From a virus, in the IMG/VR virus record IMGVR_UViG_3300005613_000020, positions 32,885-96,884 of that record: a stretch of DNA of 64,000 nt, one strand, 5' to 3'. A program made the translations under genes and the position numbers. Of this stretch, positions 1-8,920 are shown in pieces. Numbering within the stretch: position 1 is the first letter of the stretch; every line of letters begins with the position of its first letter. The notes below the pieces were generated by a model. That model was not told the DNA's origin and ran no database searches. It worked only from the letters and a program-made list of their open reading frames with translations.

Positions 1-35
1 TTTCTTTTCTTCGGTAGCGTCTGAAGTAACCCTTC

Positions 36-281
36 TTAGGTTGTCCTATGCTTCTTACAGCTGGACCTATTTCTGTAGCTACTCTTCCTACCTATATTAT
101 ACGGCTTTCCTCTTTTTGAGTCAAGCACGTCATAATCGTGACATGTCAGAACTATTGGATTACTTTCTAACAAAACAGCGCTATCAAATCCTAGCTCACA
201 TACATCACAGTCTTTTAAGTTCTTACACCAGCTGCAATCAAACGTATAGATGTAGTTGCAAACCTGGTGATATACGCTCAT
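36..281 (-). CDS. Small Cys-rich hypothetical protein
   Basis: CxxC...CxxC; ATGA overlap with upstream ORF 278..517. Confidence 0.6.
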   Translation of the reverse strand: MSVYHQVCNYIYTFDCSWCKNLKDCDVCELGFDSAVLLESNPIVLTCHDYDVLDSKRGKPYNIGRKSSYRNRSSCKKHRTT

Positions 282-517
282 CCCCTGTACCCCGCTTTGT
301 CAGAAATGCCATTGTACGCCTTAACACAATGAGGGCACATCACATTACCCATCATCTCGATACTACCACTGTCAGCTCTGAAAAATACCCTAGCGTTGTC
401 TTCTGTGATTCCACAAAGCGTTTTATACTTCTTCCCCTTAAATTGAATATGTACCTTACAGCTATCTAGTACAAGACAAAGACCGAAACGATAGTTAGTT
501 ACAAATACGTCTTCCAT
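278..517 (-). CDS. Small hypothetical protein, possible Zn-binding
   Basis: GAGGAG SD upstream; H...C...CPHC pattern. Confidence 0.65.
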   Translation of the reverse strand: MEDVFVTNYRFGLCLVLDSCKVHIQFKGKKYKTLCGITEDNARVFFRADSGSIEMMGNVMCPHCVKAYNGISDKAGYRG

Positions 518-544
518 ACTATCTCCTCACTTAAGGGCCTGTCA

Positions 545-571
545 GGGGGTAGAGATTGTAACTCTACCCCC
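545..571 (-). terminator. GC-rich hairpin (terminator or mRNA-stabilising)
   Basis: GGGGGTAGAG-7nt-CTCTACCCCC perfect 10-bp stem in intergenic space; no clear U-tract. Confidence 0.5.
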
Positions 572-602
572 AGTTATATAACATTCCCTGAGTGGTACTC
601 AG

Positions 603-764
603 CTATTTTGTAGGATCAATACTGAATGTATAGGTTTGTGGTACACAAGTCATGTCTTCCGTAGATCCACATTGAGGACAATTGAGATCCGTTCTAATAT
701 TGAATCCTTCTTTCAACTCAAGTATTGCTCCACACGATTTACACTGATACACATGAATAGGCAT
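603..764 (-). CDS. FmdB-like zinc-ribbon protein (53 aa, not in ORF track)
   Basis: Manual translation MPIHVYQCKSCG...CPQCGSTEDM, matching the FmdB MPxYxYxCxxCG...CPxCG pattern. Confidence 0.75.
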   Translation of the reverse strand: MPIHVYQCKSCGAILELKEGFNIRTDLNCPQCGSTEDMTCVPQTYTFSIDPTK

Positions 765-765
765 A

Positions 766-1260
766 TTAGACCCTCATACCATTTATTTCAATATCGTATG
801 TTCCTGGCTTCACATCGTTTGGAGCAACAACATCTAGGTAAAAATCTTCTGCTCTATTATCCGCCACGGTACATGTTACGCTCGTATCTGTGAACACTGA
901 CCCTGCGGGACCTGGTTCTCTCCACGATACGTCTAGATTCGATCCGTCTATCGCTCCCCCCGTATACGTTAGAGTGTACGTAAGACGGACTTCGATAGGG
1001 TTTGCATAATTGTTATCCACCTCGAAACTAAATTCCATTACATCATTCGGAGAAATGTCTGTCAAAACGAAATCAGTTAGGGGTCCGTCACCTCGGTTCA
1101 AGTCTGTAATGACGAAGTTTGATTCGTCTACTACCATAGAACCGCTAGTGTTGAACGTGTTGTAACTAGCATAAGCTGCCGTTGTGAAGCACGCTAGAAA
1201 CACCACTACAACTATGAGTGTGCTTATTGAGACCTTGTTGATATTGAACGATACTTGCAT
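766..1260 (-). CDS. Secreted/surface protein with signal peptide and beta-rich domain
   Basis: Hydrophobic N-terminus LIVVVVFLACFTTAAYA (AxA site); beta-rich body ending PGTYDIEING. Confidence 0.7.
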   Translation of the reverse strand: MQVSFNINKVSISTLIVVVVFLACFTTAAYASYNTFNTSGSMVVDESNFVITDLNRGDGPLTDFVLTDISPNDVMEFSFEVDNNYANPIEVRLTYTLTYTGGAIDGSNLDVSWREPGPAGSVFTDTSVTCTVADNRAEDFYLDVVAPNDVKPGTYDIEINGMRV

Positions 1261-1277
1261 TTTCCTTTACTCCTCTT

Positions 1278-1421
1278 TTATTCCTTTACTTTTCCACATA
1301 CAGCACATCGATATGCTTGTTTTCCTCCGACTCCAGGAGCCATTGGATTATGAACCCTGAGTCCTTGTCCATATCTCTTGTCCTGCCATGTATTCTTGCA
1401 GTCGCATCTCTTAATTGCCAT
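1278..1421 (-). CDS. Small zinc-ribbon protein (47 aa, not in ORF track)
   Basis: Manual translation MAIKRCDCKNTWQDKRYGQGLRVHN...YRCAVCGKVKE. Confidence 0.7.
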   Translation of the reverse strand: MAIKRCDCKNTWQDKRYGQGLRVHNPMAPGVGGKQAYRCAVCGKVKE

Positions 1422-1433
1422 ATCTACTACTTA

Positions 1434-1706
1434 CTATCCCTCCCTTTCTTCTGCTTCTAAGTCAATCTGAATAGCCTTGAGTACTTCTTCTGCCTTGATG
1501 ACTAATTCCGTCTTTCCCCACCTATTTTCTTCCGCACTAGAAATTGCCTTTCTAGCAGTTACCAAAAGGTTCTCCCATCTTGTTTCGTCTAAAGGTATTC
1601 GCTCTAGGACATGGCTATTACCCGTATATATAACTAGATAGATTTTACCCTGTGATTTGTTGTATTCGAATCTAATATTCTTTTGATATCCGTCATAACA
1701 AGCCAT
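1434..1706 (-). CDS. Hypothetical protein, paralog of 1693..1968
   Basis: Shares LDETxW and WGKxExVxKAExxL with neighbour. Confidence 0.8.
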   Translation of the reverse strand: MACYDGYQKNIRFEYNKSQGKIYLVIYTGNSHVLERIPLDETRWENLLVTARKAISSAEENRWGKTELVIKAEEVLKAIQIDLEAEEREG

Positions 1707-1968
1707 CTTCTTTCCTATTATTAATCCCCTTTTGGATGTCTAACAGTGTTTGCTCTGCCTTAAGAACCGTCTCACATTTACCCCAATTGGCTTGACGTGC
1801 CTTAAACTGAGCTATTTGGTGGGTCTTCTGAGCTTCGTCCCAACTAGTCTCGTCTAAATCAATAGAGTCTATTACTGTGTTGTGGGCTACATCGTATACC
1901 ATAAGGGTAATAACCCTAGATATTGGATTATAGGCATAAGCAATGCGCCGTTTTGGTTTTCCTGTCAT
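1693..1968 (-). CDS. Hypothetical protein, paralog of 1434..1706; likely leaderless start
   Basis: Start moved to ATG 1968 (MTGKPK), 6 nt after TATAAT; length then matches the paralog. Confidence 0.75.
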   Translation of the reverse strand: MTGKPKRRIAYAYNPISRVITLMVYDVAHNTVIDSIDLDETSWDEAQKTHQIAQFKARQANWGKCETVLKAEQTLLDIQKGINNRKEDGLL

Positions 1969-1971
1969 ACT

Positions 1972-1995
1972 TATATTATACTCTGTTTTACAAAA
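1972..1995 (-). promoter_or_regulatory. Phage promoter motif copy 1 (TTTTGTA-N5-GAS-TATAAT-ATA)
   Basis: TTTTGTA AAACAGAG TATAAT ATA; same motif at 12292 and 43410. Confidence 0.7.
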
Positions 1996-2006
1996 AAATG
2001 CACCTC

Positions 2007-2813
2007 TTACTTGGTGAGGTACTTCCAAGCTCTAGCCTTAACCATATTGCCAGAACCTAGCATTGAACCGTTTACTCTACTATCTGGTCTTTCTGGATGG
2101 TTGTAGGATTTATGATGATCAACATACTCTACAACACCATTGTATGCAGCCCATCGACTACCCTTTATTGATTGATTATCTAGTCCGACACCATTCTCTA
2201 TGACAGAAGCCATTTCCTCCATTTGATTCCTTGCTCTGGTTGAGATTAGATCAAAGCTCAGCTCTAATGGAACTCCTAGCGCTGCTTTGAGAAGAAGGGG
2301 AGTCTCCCCTGATGGAAGCTGTAGGGTAGAGAGTCTATCAGCAGTCTCCTTGAATTCCTCATACCAGTTATTAGTAAGTCCAAGAATCTCCTTAGCTACA
2401 TCTATTCTAGCTAAAGCATTAGTTGTATGTCGAGTGTAGAATCTTTCTACTGTATCATTTGCTAGTGCCATTGCTAACGTGTTAGCACATACTACTCTAA
2501 CAGGAGTAAAGAACATCTGACAAGCAAGTGTTCCGTTATGTGAATTGGTAAGCAATAGGTACTTCTTGTGATCTTCCCCTGCGATTGTGATATCACCAGC
2601 ATTCGCAAGGATAAATATTTGAGCCCCGTCTCTTAGAGCACCAACAACTTCGTAAACTGCCTTGCCTTCTCCTACAACAGCGTCGAAGAATCCAAAAGCA
2701 TCCTTATTCTGGATTGGTTGATATCTCTTTCCCACGACTGTATAAACTCTTCTGTCTGTATCCCTTACTACTGCATATTGATCAGGAACTACAGTTCCGT
2801 CGGATACAAGTAG
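2007..2813 (-). pseudogene. DUF932 family protein (phage/plasmid TIGR03299-like), N-terminally truncated
   Basis: Motifs YLLLTNSHNG, TPVRVVCANT, RHT, WAAYNGVVEYVDH. Frame stays open upstream of GTG 2735 (LLVSDGTVVPDQYAVVRDTD), then hits TAA with no ATG/GTG/TTG start; typical N-terminal segment missing. Confidence 0.6.
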
Positions 2814-2896
2814 TATACCATGACATGGTTAACATACAGGTTAACAAATGGTGAATGGATAGTAAAAAATATAGCCTTTTCTGTGAAGAATTACAA

Positions 2897-3079
2897 TTAA
2901 TCCATAGTAACTCTAAGACCGGATTCCGTAAGTAGTTCTTTGAGAAGTGATCGGTACTCATTGAGAGCCTTAGAACGTTTAGCCCTCTCATTCTTATTTC
3001 TCGGCGTCTTGTCAACCAGCTTCTCTAACTGACCGATCCTTCTCATCATTTCTCTATGTGTCATACGAATATCCCCCAA
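2897..3079 (-). CDS. Small hypothetical protein
   Basis: Coupled to upstream ORF; start may be the internal MTHREM. Confidence 0.55.
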   Translation of the reverse strand: MGDIRMTHREMMRRIGQLEKLVDKTPRNKNERAKRSKALNEYRSLLKELLTESGLRVTMD

Positions 3080-3276
3080 TCAAGGGTTTCAATAAGCATC
3101 GGTAGGTTTATATATTCACCTGGTTCATATATGTGCTCTTCACCATCGGAAGTAACAGCAGATATTACTCCTGTTCCGGTCCAAGTTCTATTTACTGTTC
3201 CACGCTTAAAGTGTCCTTTACTTAGAAGCAGAACGTTTTGGTTTTCCTTCTTTTCTTGCTTTTTTGGCAATGTCAT
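3061..3276 (-). CDS. Small hypothetical protein
   Basis: Minus-strand ORF in compact run. Confidence 0.5.
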   Translation of the reverse strand: MTLPKKQEKKENQNVLLLSKGHFKRGTVNRTWTGTGVISAVTSDGEEHIYEPGEYINLPMLIETLDWGIFV

Positions 3277-3460
3277 TTTCAGCGTTCTCCACGTTAGCTT
3301 CTCCAGCCTGCTTTTCGCGCTCTGCCTGTAGCATGGCTTTTACCTTCTGTTCTGTCGAGATCCTTGTAAGTAATTGAATAATTGCATCCACAGTAACGTT
3401 TTCGTTACAAGTATACTCCGCACTTCCGCTTTCCTTGTCATAATACACTGAAAAAATCAT
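3218..3460 (-). CDS. Small hypothetical protein
   Basis: GGGAGGG SD; follows hub gene. Confidence 0.65.
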   Translation of the reverse strand: MIFSVYYDKESGSAEYTCNENVTVDAIIQLLTRISTEQKVKAMLQAEREKQAGEANVENAENDIAKKARKEGKPKRSASK

Positions 3461-3480
3461 ATCTCTTCCCTCCCTATTAT

Positions 3481-6111
3481 TTACGTATACTTATTCATAT
3501 CACTCGTATACCTATCTCCATCCTCGTCTTTATAGATTAATTCACAATCTTCAGAATCAGAATCCTCCCAAATTACAAGCTCTCCAGTACCAACCTGTCC
3601 GCTTGTGGGTCTACTAGATTGCCTGATATGTCTAATTTTGAACTTAGTATCGTAATAATGAAGATCAAAATCTGTTGCATCTACATAGCAATCTCCTGAA
3701 TCAACTTGCAGCCACATGTAATCCTCTGCATCAATCTTTACATAGCCGTTGCTTCCTATCAAAGTTAAGTTGTCATACGCTTCTATTTCTATATCCCCAG
3801 CTGTAGAATCAATAGTCATCAGGCCAGAGCAGTATTGCACAATGGTAGTACCGTGCATCTCCAATTCCCATCTAGCATAAAGGTCTATTGTTCCTCCTGT
3901 TCCACCTACCCAACCTATAGATTGCAATAATAAATTGTCTTTTGCTTTCACCTCAACATCATCATATTCAGAATATACTTGGATTCTTCCTGAACTATAC
4001 GGAGAGGCTGTAGTCGGACAAACTATATCGATATTTGCATCATCACGTCCATAAAGATATATCCCTCCGCTGCTTCCGTAAGCATCAAACCACAAATCCT
4101 TATCTGTCTCTCCCTTAAATCTAAGCTCACTAGCTGCTAATCCAGAGGTATATACGGAAGCTACTTTTGTGCTATCTTTGTAGAATTCTAGCCCTTCATC
4201 GTAACATCTAGCTTTTCCTGTGGAAGATATTAGTTCAAAGTATTTATCCGTAGCATTCTCGTAGCACTCAATTCCGCTAGAATCTAACTGTATTCTAGCT
4301 CCACCCGCAGTACCACAAACAATGGTTGTAGCAAGAACTAGACTACTTTCCAGATGATCAGCTTCAATGTTTCCTGCCTTAATATGTTCAGCTAAGACCA
4401 TATTGGCAGTCATGATTATTGCGTTTAGTATGGGATGTTTACCGTTTGATGGCAATACAAGTGCTTGCTCTGTAGCTGAAGGGGCCTGTTCGCATACTGC
4501 TAGTAGTACATGATCTGTTCCAATTGCTACAGCAAAATCTGAAGTTTGGCTTATTGTTACCTGGTCTCCATCAACCTTGCCTGAAATGTCTGTATAGAAA
4601 TACGAAATTGCAGTAGCTATAGCTGTTTCTCCATCCGATATCCAAAACTTGTCTCCGTCTGTAAAGACTATTGCATATCCGTCTCCTATTGTCCCATCTT
4701 GCCATTGAACAATATCGTTATTTGGTGCTCCAGTTCCTTTTATGTTAAATGTAAGCTGACATTGGTGAGGCTGAACAGCTTTATGAAGAACTCCTGTAGG
4801 AACCCCATCCGATCCGTAAGTATTGGCTATTTCTGTGATATCATCGGTAGTATCAACCATCTCCATAAATTTAGATGTAAGGTCTTGATTATCGCCGTCA
4901 AATCCGTAATCCTTCTCAACTAGAGAAATTGTTGATTGGAAACTCGGCTCAGAGTATATAATCTGAGTTACAATCATATCTGTGTTATCTACGCTAGAGA
5001 TAAGAGGAGAACCGCCTTGCTGTAGATGTATATGCACTAAACTCCCAGCAGTAAGAAAATAATCTACTGCGGATTTAGTGTAGACTGGATATCCATTTAC
5101 AGAAACCTTACCCTTCTGTGGAGCAGTTGTTTGTTCATATTGAGCAATCCATGAATCAGCAATTTCCTCTGCTTCGGTTGCATTTTGTGCCCCAGTTCCA
5201 GATAAATACTTGTGTCTCACAAATGCTATAGTATCTTCTAAGTCTCCTCCACCATCAGGGACCTTCTTTGAGAAGTCGTGATACATAGCGTCTTCTACGT
5301 ATGGTACATGAACTTCTGTGAATATTTCTTTCTGGTAAGTGGGAAACTGGTATCCCCCAATCATAGGCTTTTTCTGATCTGTTTCAGTCTCATTAAAAGC
5401 TATTGTCATACCATTTGTAGCTGCATCTCCAGAAGAAGCGTCTAAGGATTCATCGCTACACTTAGACCCACAATACTTTGTTCGATAGTAATAAACAGCC
5501 TCAGCAACATTCCCAGCTATTTGAGTGCCATTATTTACACGAAATACCCATCCGTATTTACCGCTTGCTGGGGTTCTCTCATCTTCGTTAGCTAGCATGT
5601 TTATTGCCTTCAATGCAGCTGTGCGTTTGCTTTCAAAACTAGGTGCTCCTCCTATGCTAGTTGTAGAGGACTCAATTTTAGTTACTCTAACGTTCCCTGT
5701 TTTTCCTCCATATACAAAATCGTCGATTATCTCTTCTATTACATCGGATATATCCACAGCCCCAGATCCAAGATCAGCAGTATAATCTACATTGCAAGAC
5801 TGTTCGCTCAACTCCATGGACATATCAAAACATTCAATTTCGATAATCTGACCAAGGGTGTCATCATGCTTGGGGTTAACGTATTGAATACGACCGAAGA
5901 AGAGGATTTCTTCAGTCTGTCGTTCGGTTAGACGAACGAAATACATTTCCTTATAACCAACTGTATCCTGACGTGTATTCCACGGATCACTTATCTTTAC
6001 AGTTAGCTGTCTTGGAGCATCAATAGGATCTCTATACTCAAGACCTATTATGTTGGTTTCTTCGTTCCAACTACCGTCGTAATATTCGAAGCGCGAAATA
6101 GGCAGTGACAT
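3481..6111 (-). CDS. Baseplate hub / tail tip (Tal-like) protein with C-terminal beta-helix spike-like region
   Basis: Position after TMP/Dit; hub-like N-terminus (LFFGRIQYV, IECFD); IKAGNIEADHL repeats; C-terminal G-x-I-x-I/L repeats. Confidence 0.75.
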   Translation of the reverse strand: MSLPISRFEYYDGSWNEETNIIGLEYRDPIDAPRQLTVKISDPWNTRQDTVGYKEMYFVRLTERQTEEILFFGRIQYVNPKHDDTLGQIIEIECFDMSMELSEQSCNVDYTADLGSGAVDISDVIEEIIDDFVYGGKTGNVRVTKIESSTTSIGGAPSFESKRTAALKAINMLANEDERTPASGKYGWVFRVNNGTQIAGNVAEAVYYYRTKYCGSKCSDESLDASSGDAATNGMTIAFNETETDQKKPMIGGYQFPTYQKEIFTEVHVPYVEDAMYHDFSKKVPDGGGDLEDTIAFVRHKYLSGTGAQNATEAEEIADSWIAQYEQTTAPQKGKVSVNGYPVYTKSAVDYFLTAGSLVHIHLQQGGSPLISSVDNTDMIVTQIIYSEPSFQSTISLVEKDYGFDGDNQDLTSKFMEMVDTTDDITEIANTYGSDGVPTGVLHKAVQPHQCQLTFNIKGTGAPNNDIVQWQDGTIGDGYAIVFTDGDKFWISDGETAIATAISYFYTDISGKVDGDQVTISQTSDFAVAIGTDHVLLAVCEQAPSATEQALVLPSNGKHPILNAIIMTANMVLAEHIKAGNIEADHLESSLVLATTIVCGTAGGARIQLDSSGIECYENATDKYFELISSTGKARCYDEGLEFYKDSTKVASVYTSGLAASELRFKGETDKDLWFDAYGSSGGIYLYGRDDANIDIVCPTTASPYSSGRIQVYSEYDDVEVKAKDNLLLQSIGWVGGTGGTIDLYARWELEMHGTTIVQYCSGLMTIDSTAGDIEIEAYDNLTLIGSNGYVKIDAEDYMWLQVDSGDCYVDATDFDLHYYDTKFKIRHIRQSSRPTSGQVGTGELVIWEDSDSEDCELIYKDEDGDRYTSDMNKYT

Positions 6112-6623
6112 TACTCTAAACTCCCGCTATGTAGTAACATATGGCATGATCTACACATCGTTACTAAATTATCTGTTTCTGAATTTAGCTTATTTCCATC
6201 TATGTGGTGAGCTACAATATATCTGTTCCAACCGCACAAAACACACTCAAATCCATCTCTCTCATAGACTTCTCTTTTAAGCTGCTTTGTAAATGTGTCC
6301 TTATAAGGATTCTTTGATATTCCGCCTTGCCAATTTGAATTCCTATTTCCCTTATGTGTTTCAGAAAGCCTTTTTCTAACTTCTGGTGTGTGAGTCTTTC
6401 CTAACATACCTCTTGGATGACCGTGCTCTTTCCAGTATTTAGATACCCTCTTTTTGAATGTTTCGGGATCAGCTACTTTCCTGTTCTTATATCCGCAAGC
6501 TTTACTGCAACATACGTTTCTTTTCCACTTTCGGCATACAAAAACCTTAGCACATATAGGGCAAATTCTAGCTTCTGTAGGATGTGCTCTCTTCTTATTA
6601 GCTATGGTTCTACCATCTACCAT
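6111..6623 (-). CDS. Free-standing HNH homing endonuclease (NUMOD3 + HNH)
   Basis: GKTHTPEVRKRLSE (NUMOD3), NWQGG, RDGFECVLCG, AHHIDGNKLN, NLVTMCRSCH. Confidence 0.9.
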   Translation of the reverse strand: MVDGRTIANKKRAHPTEARICPICAKVFVCRKWKRNVCCSKACGYKNRKVADPETFKKRVSKYWKEHGHPRGMLGKTHTPEVRKRLSETHKGNRNSNWQGGISKNPYKDTFTKQLKREVYERDGFECVLCGWNRYIVAHHIDGNKLNSETDNLVTMCRSCHMLLHSGSLE

Positions 6624-6635
6624 TGCTCTCCTACA

Positions 6636-7097
6636 CTATGTCCACGTTGTATCTGAATGCCAAGATCCGCTGTAATACGTATACGCTTTCTGGACAGTAA
6701 GCTCTAAGGTAAAATTACAGTGCTCATGAAATGGCTGGCGCTTTATATCTGCTCTAGAAATCTTGCCTTCTATATAGTTAACGTCGTCTAGATACAAGTA
6801 AATAGTCTCATCCCACCAATTCTTAAACTTAAGTACATCAATCCTATCAGCAATATACCCAGTACCTAAATGACCTGTATATGTAGTCGTATCTCTATCG
6901 AAATCACATACACCTACAAACTGGAATAACTGTATTGTTCTCCCCATATCTAGCTGAAAGACTTCTCCACCAGGGAGAGCAGTATTAATTACAGGCCTAG
7001 ATTGTCCCCAAGTATAGTCCTCCGCTTTAAGGTAATACCTTTCTGGAGTACCTGTTGGATCTTTTACAAGGCATACGCTAAGATCAGTATTGGCCAA
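6636..7097 (-). CDS. Distal tail protein (Dit-like)
   Basis: 153 aa beta-rich gene immediately after TMP; LPGG...DMG motif. Confidence 0.6.
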   Translation of the reverse strand: MANTDLSVCLVKDPTGTPERYYLKAEDYTWGQSRPVINTALPGGEVFQLDMGRTIQLFQFVGVCDFDRDTTTYTGHLGTGYIADRIDVLKFKNWWDETIYLYLDDVNYIEGKISRADIKRQPFHEHCNFTLELTVQKAYTYYSGSWHSDTTWT

Positions 7098-8319
7098 AAC
7101 GTACCTTCCTTAGATCAACTGCTAATTCTCTCTTAATTCCCTCAGAAATCCTAGAACCAACCTGATCAAGATCAATCATAGTATGTGCTGTAACAGTAAC
7201 AGGAGCTTGTATCAGCATGTTTCCAAGCTCACCCTTCATCATCTTTGCGTTTTCCGCTGCTGGAATAATCCTTTCTCCCTTGTGTACCATAGCAGGTCCT
7301 GTGTTTGGTACATACGGAGTACCCTTCTGGAACCAGTTACCTGGCCAAGCTTTCTTAAGTCCGCTAGTTACAGCTCCTCCTATATTCTTTCCTATATTTC
7401 CTACCTTACCTACAACGTTCTTTACAGAATTGAATATTTTTACTATGAAATTCTTAACTGTGGTAATCACAGTTTTGATTTTATTCATAGTATTTTTTAT
7501 GGTTCCCTTAAGGAAGTTCCATATTGATGTCATTACACCTTTGAGTTTTTCAAATACCTTACCGAATACTCCAAGAATGCGTTTGAGAACTCCCCCTATA
7601 AAATTCCATACTTTCTTCTGAATATCCCACAAGAAACCTAGAACTTTACCAACAAAGCTTAATGCCTCAAATATCTTTCCAACTATCCACTCAAATATCT
7701 TTCCTAAAAATCCACTTACTGCTTCTATTACTGGTCTAACAAACTCAAGGAACTTGCCAAGAACATTGCTCCAGAATTCAATAGCATATTCAATAAATGG
7801 CTGAACAAACTCAACAAATGCGTTAAGTAACCCCTCCATGGGTTTGTATAGCAAATTCAATAACTCTACGGCGAAATTCAAAAACGGCATAAGTACAGTA
7901 AGAAGCATACCAATGAGCTTCCCAAGAGGTGTTGCCCATGCCCTAAAGTTTTTAGTTAATATTTCTATTAATGGCCACAGCATTTGGAGGAGCGGTATTA
8001 ATATGGGGATAAGTGGCATTAGTAGAAGATCAACAGCAGCTGATAGTATATCGGTAAGAACCTTGAATGTAGTGGAAAATATAACTGATCCATGCAATGC
8101 TTTCATCACTGTACCGATGATTCCAGCAATCCCGAGAAACTTACCAGCCATCTTAGCGATTCCGCCGATACCCTTCTTCATGGATTTGGCGTCTTTCCTA
8201 GTCTCAGATCCGCCTATTCCAGAAATTCCTGCTCCTTGACCTGCTCCTACACCTTCAGCTCCCCCAGCTGACTGCATTAGAACATCAATACTTATAGTTC
8301 CGCTTACTTCATCTGCCAT
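7084..8319 (-). CDS. Tape measure protein (short, 411 aa)
   Basis: Follows tail chaperone; amphipathic W/F-periodic repeats; C-terminal FQKGTPYVPNTGPAMVHKGERIIPA motif typical of TMPs. Confidence 0.85.
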   Translation of the reverse strand: MADEVSGTISIDVLMQSAGGAEGVGAGQGAGISGIGGSETRKDAKSMKKGIGGIAKMAGKFLGIAGIIGTVMKALHGSVIFSTTFKVLTDILSAAVDLLLMPLIPILIPLLQMLWPLIEILTKNFRAWATPLGKLIGMLLTVLMPFLNFAVELLNLLYKPMEGLLNAFVEFVQPFIEYAIEFWSNVLGKFLEFVRPVIEAVSGFLGKIFEWIVGKIFEALSFVGKVLGFLWDIQKKVWNFIGGVLKRILGVFGKVFEKLKGVMTSIWNFLKGTIKNTMNKIKTVITTVKNFIVKIFNSVKNVVGKVGNIGKNIGGAVTSGLKKAWPGNWFQKGTPYVPNTGPAMVHKGERIIPAAENAKMMKGELGNMLIQAPVTVTAHTMIDLDQVGSRISEGIKRELAVDLRKVRFGQY

Positions 8320-8321
8320 AA

Positions 8322-8869
8322 CTAGCTATCTTCAGGCATTTCAGCCTTTCTTATTTCGTCTAAGATCGTCTTAAAACGAAGTATTCTCTTTGTCGTCATT
8401 CGGTCAAACATGTCTAAAGGAAATCCATTACGGATCAAGTCAACCTGGATTATCTCCATTATTGCTTGCGCGTCTTCCGTGTTGACGACTTTGCCTTTGA
8501 TGACCCTGTTGACCTGCTTTCGAAAAAATCTTGCTCCTCCTCAGAACCAAACATGGAAGATGGGTGAGGAATATGCTCTTCTAGAAGTTGCCCAAACTCT
8601 GGCTTTATCTGCTTCAATACCACGCCAGTATCAGCTAAATTCCAAGGAGTTTCCGTGAGTAATGCCTTAAGAGTCAATTCGTTATATTTCTCAACATTGA
8701 ACTTCACTTTCCCATTGTTAGAAGGATCAATTTCCATTACTTCACTAAGTATGCTGTTAATCTTTGACCATGTTAGTTCCCTTTTCTTGAATTTCCATGT
8801 CTGTCCGCCAAAATCAATGGAAAACTCCTCATCTTCACCGCCTACACAAATCGATGCTATATCTTGCAT
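8322..8869 (-). CDS. Tail assembly chaperone long form (GT-like) via -1 frameshift
   Basis: Slippery T-TTT-TTC at 8528..8522; -1 frame open (FRKQVNRVIKG...EMPEDS) to TAG at 8322, 2 nt before TMP start. Confidence 0.8.
8459..8869 (-). CDS. Tail assembly chaperone short form (G-like)
   Basis: Between tail tube and TMP; GGAGG SD. Confidence 0.8.
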   Translation of the reverse strand: MQDIASICVGGEDEEFSIDFGGQTWKFKKRELTWSKINSILSEVMEIDPSNNGKVKFNVEKYNELTLKALLTETPWNLADTGVVLKQIKPEFGQLLEEHIPHPSSMFGSEEEQDFFESRSTGSSKAKSSTRKTRKQ

Positions 8870-8920
8870 TCTATCCCTCCTTAAACTTTACTTGTTCTAT
8901 TCCCGCAGCCCATTCTTTAT

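Noticed and set aside
2810-2870. dif/Xer-like site (GTATGTTAAC)
   Set aside because: Only partial resemblance to one arm; no matching second arm at 6 bp spacing
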